Origin: Syntrophales bacterium
GTDB taxonomy: Bacteria > Desulfobacterota > Syntrophia > Syntrophales > UBA2192
NCBI GenBank assembly: GCA_036725345.1
Contig: DAIMEJ010000005.1
Coordinates: forward strand, 19,717-83,716
Direction of reading: 5' to 3'
DNA: 64,000 nucleotides
The position numbers and the translations under genes are program-made. The first letter of the stretch is position 1. Each line of letters opens with the position of its first letter. This document shows positions 62,081-64,000 of the stretch, one piece after another. The notes beneath the pieces were generated by a model. It was not told where the DNA came from. It did not search any database and saw only the letters and a program-made list of their open reading frames with translations.

Positions 62081-63268
62081 TTACACCATTTCGTAGATCC
62101 CCGCCGCACCCATGCCGCCGCCGATGCACATCGAAACGATGCAGCGCTTGGCGCCGCGTCTGCGGGCTTCGTGGATGATCTGCGCCGTGAGCTTCGCTCC
62201 CGTCGCTCCCAGCGGGTGGCCCAGCGCGATGGCGCCGCCGTTGGGGTTGATGTCCCCCTGGCGCCAGCGATCTTCTATCCCCAGCTGCCGAACGCTCGCG
62301 ATGGCCTGCGACGCGAAGGCCTCGTTGATCTCGAAGAGGTCGATGTCCGCGAGCGTCAGTCCCGCGAGCTTCAGGACCTTCGGGATTGCGACAGCGGGAC
62401 CGATCCCCATCTCCTCGGGGGCGCAGCCGGCCACGGCATAACAGATGAGCCTGGCCGCCGGTTTGACACCGATATCCTTCGCCTTCTCTGACGACATGAG
62501 CAGGGCAAAGGCGGCGCCGTCCGTCATCTGCGAGGAGTTGCCCGCCGTGACGGATCCGCCGTTTTTGAATGCCGGTCTCAGCTTGCCGAGATCGGCCGGC
62601 GACGTGGGCCAGCGAACACCGTCGTCCATGCCGAAGGTATAGGCCTCCCGGACCCGCTTGCCGGCCTCATCCTTTTTGTAACGGTAAGCCTGGATCGGGA
62701 TAATTTCCTCCTTGAACTTGCCGGACTGGATGGCCTCCGCGGCCCTGCGGTTGCTCTCAACGCCGAAGGCGTCCTGGTCTTCGCGGGAGACCTTGTAGTG
62801 GGTCGCCACGTTTTCCGCCGTGATGCCCATGGAAACATAGGTGTTCGGCCGGTCCCCCCAGTCGGGGTCGGGGCGGAAGACGCTCCCGCCCATGGGGATG
62901 TGGGACATGTTCTCCACGCCGCCCGCGATGATCACGTCGGACCACCCGGCTCTGATTTTCGCTGTCGCGTCCGCTATGGACTGAAGCCCCGAAGAGCAGA
63001 ACCGGTTGATCGTCATCCCCGAAGTGGTTATCGGAAGCCCGGCACCGAGGGTCAAGACCCTCCCCATGTTCATGCCCTGCTCCGCCTCCGGGAAGGCGCA
63101 CCCGACAATCAGATCGTCCACGTCTCCGGGCTTCAGCTGGGGCACCCTTGCCATGAGCCCTTTCAGGACCTGAATCCCCATCTCCTCCGCCCGGGTTCCG
63201 GCCAGCCCTCCCCTTCTGTATCGTCCGCCCGGACTTCTCACCGCATCGATAATAACGGCATCTTTCAT
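62081..63268 (-). CDS. acetyl-CoA C-acyltransferase (thiolase)
   Basis: NRFCSSGLQSI active-site Cys, NEAFASQ and CIGGGMGAAGIYE C-terminal motifs. Confidence 0.95.
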   Translation of the reverse strand: MKDAVIIDAVRSPGGRYRRGGLAGTRAEEMGIQVLKGLMARVPQLKPGDVDDLIVGCAFPEAEQGMNMGRVLTLGAGLPITTSGMTINRFCSSGLQSIADATAKIRAGWSDVIIAGGVENMSHIPMGGSVFRPDPDWGDRPNTYVSMGITAENVATHYKVSREDQDAFGVESNRRAAEAIQSGKFKEEIIPIQAYRYKKDEAGKRVREAYTFGMDDGVRWPTSPADLGKLRPAFKNGGSVTAGNSSQMTDGAAFALLMSSEKAKDIGVKPAARLICYAVAGCAPEEMGIGPAVAIPKVLKLAGLTLADIDLFEINEAFASQAIASVRQLGIEDRWRQGDINPNGGAIALGHPLGATGAKLTAQIIHEARRRGAKRCIVSMCIGGGMGAAGIYEMV

Positions 63269-63348
63269 GATTAACCTCCCTTGTTCCGTGAACCCCTCAA
63301 TGGATTGAGGCGTTTTCAGTCGTTCTATTTAACGGTCAAGAACCCTTT

Positions 63349-64000
63349 CTAGTTCCTCAGGGGCTTGCCGGTCTTCAGCATGCTCATGATCCGGTCCTGG
63401 GTCTTCCCTTCGCCGCAGAGGCTCAGGAAGGCTTCCCTTTCGAGATCCAGGATTTCCTGCTCGGACACGAACGTCCCTTCCGGGCAGTCGCCGCCCGATA
63501 TGATATGGGCGAGCTTCTTGGCAATAAAGACATCGTAGTCCGACACGTAATTGCCGTGCCTCATGTTGTAGAGGACACCATCGGCGATGCCGCGGAAATT
63601 CTCGCCCATGACGGGGATCAGGGCGGGCGAGGGTTTGCGATAGAACTTCGAGAGCCCCAGCACGACCTGCTTGGCATCGTAGATCTGCTGATCCCGGTTC
63701 AGCGATATGTTGTCGGACCTGCGGAAGTAGCCGAGTTCCATGGCCTCCATGGCGCTGGTCGCCACTTTCGCCGTACCGATGTTCTCAAAGACCTTCTGGT
63801 AATAGCCCTGGAGGTTGAGCCCCGTGGCAACGACGCCCTCCGGGATCCCCTCGGTGACGCGCACCATCAACTCCTTGGTGCCGCCTCCCGCCGGGATGAC
63901 CCCAACACCGACCTCCACGAGGCCGACATAGGTCTCTCCGCAGGGCTGGCAGCGGGCCGCGTGCATGGAAACCTCGCAGCCACCGCCTAGGGTCAGGCCT
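63349..64000 (-). CDS. 3-hydroxyacyl-CoA dehydrogenase / enoyl-CoA hydratase family protein, C-terminal part (5' end outside window)
   Basis: The frame stays open to base 64000. The hand-translated upstream residues GLTLGGGCEVSMH plus GLVEVGVGVIPAGGGTKE form a crotonase-fold motif. Adjacent to the thiolase. Confidence 0.8.
   Translation of the reverse strand, partial: GLTLGGGCEVSMHAARCQPCGETYVGLVEVGVGVIPAGGGTKELMVRVTEGIPEGVVATGLNLQGYYQKVFENIGTAKVATSAMEAMELGYFRRSDNISLNRDQQIYDAKQVVLGLSKFYRKPSPALIPVMGENFRGIADGVLYNMRHGNYVSDYDVFIAKKLAHIISGGDCPEGTFVSEQEILDLEREAFLSLCGEGKTQDRIMSMLKTGKPLRN

Overview
GC-rich bacterial chromosome segment. The gene content (class III anaerobic RNR nrdD/nrdG, LL-DAP aminotransferase lysine pathway, crotonase/thiolase beta-oxidation genes) suggests an anaerobic deltaproteobacterium-like organism, but this is inference and no search was run. 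Most of the window is housekeeping: ihfB-sppA-rpsA-cmk; a long minus-strand biosynthetic run argB-argD-argF-argG-argH-(small lipoprotein)-lysA-dapF-dapA-dapB-dapL-folK; xerC-hslV-hslU; miaB; nrdD and nrdG; corA; kdsD. The one clear accessory region is a 10.5 kb element (about 9722-20347) integrated into tRNA-Cys(GCA). It is bounded by a perfect 48-bp direct repeat. It carries a tyrosine integrase, three small HTH regulators, a PrimPol-helicase with an origin-like iteron/AT-rich cluster inside its coding sequence, a P27-type small terminase and an HK97-type major capsid protein, but no portal, protease, large terminase, tail or lysis genes. That is a phage-satellite-like gene set. The element also holds two visibly AT-rich cargo blocks of unrecognisable small membrane, secreted and RHH proteins, which are the best candidates for an undescribed (possibly anti-phage or exclusion) system. 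Other notable items are a 957-aa membrane-anchored fusion of a sigma-54-activator AAA+ module with a complete GspE/PilB-type secretion ATPase, a family of telomere-like tandem heptamer (G-quadruplex motif) repeats in intergenic spacers, tandem NrdR boxes upstream of nrdD, and several strong intergenic hairpins. Many long ORFs in the track are antisense shadow ORFs typical of high-GC DNA and were rejected.
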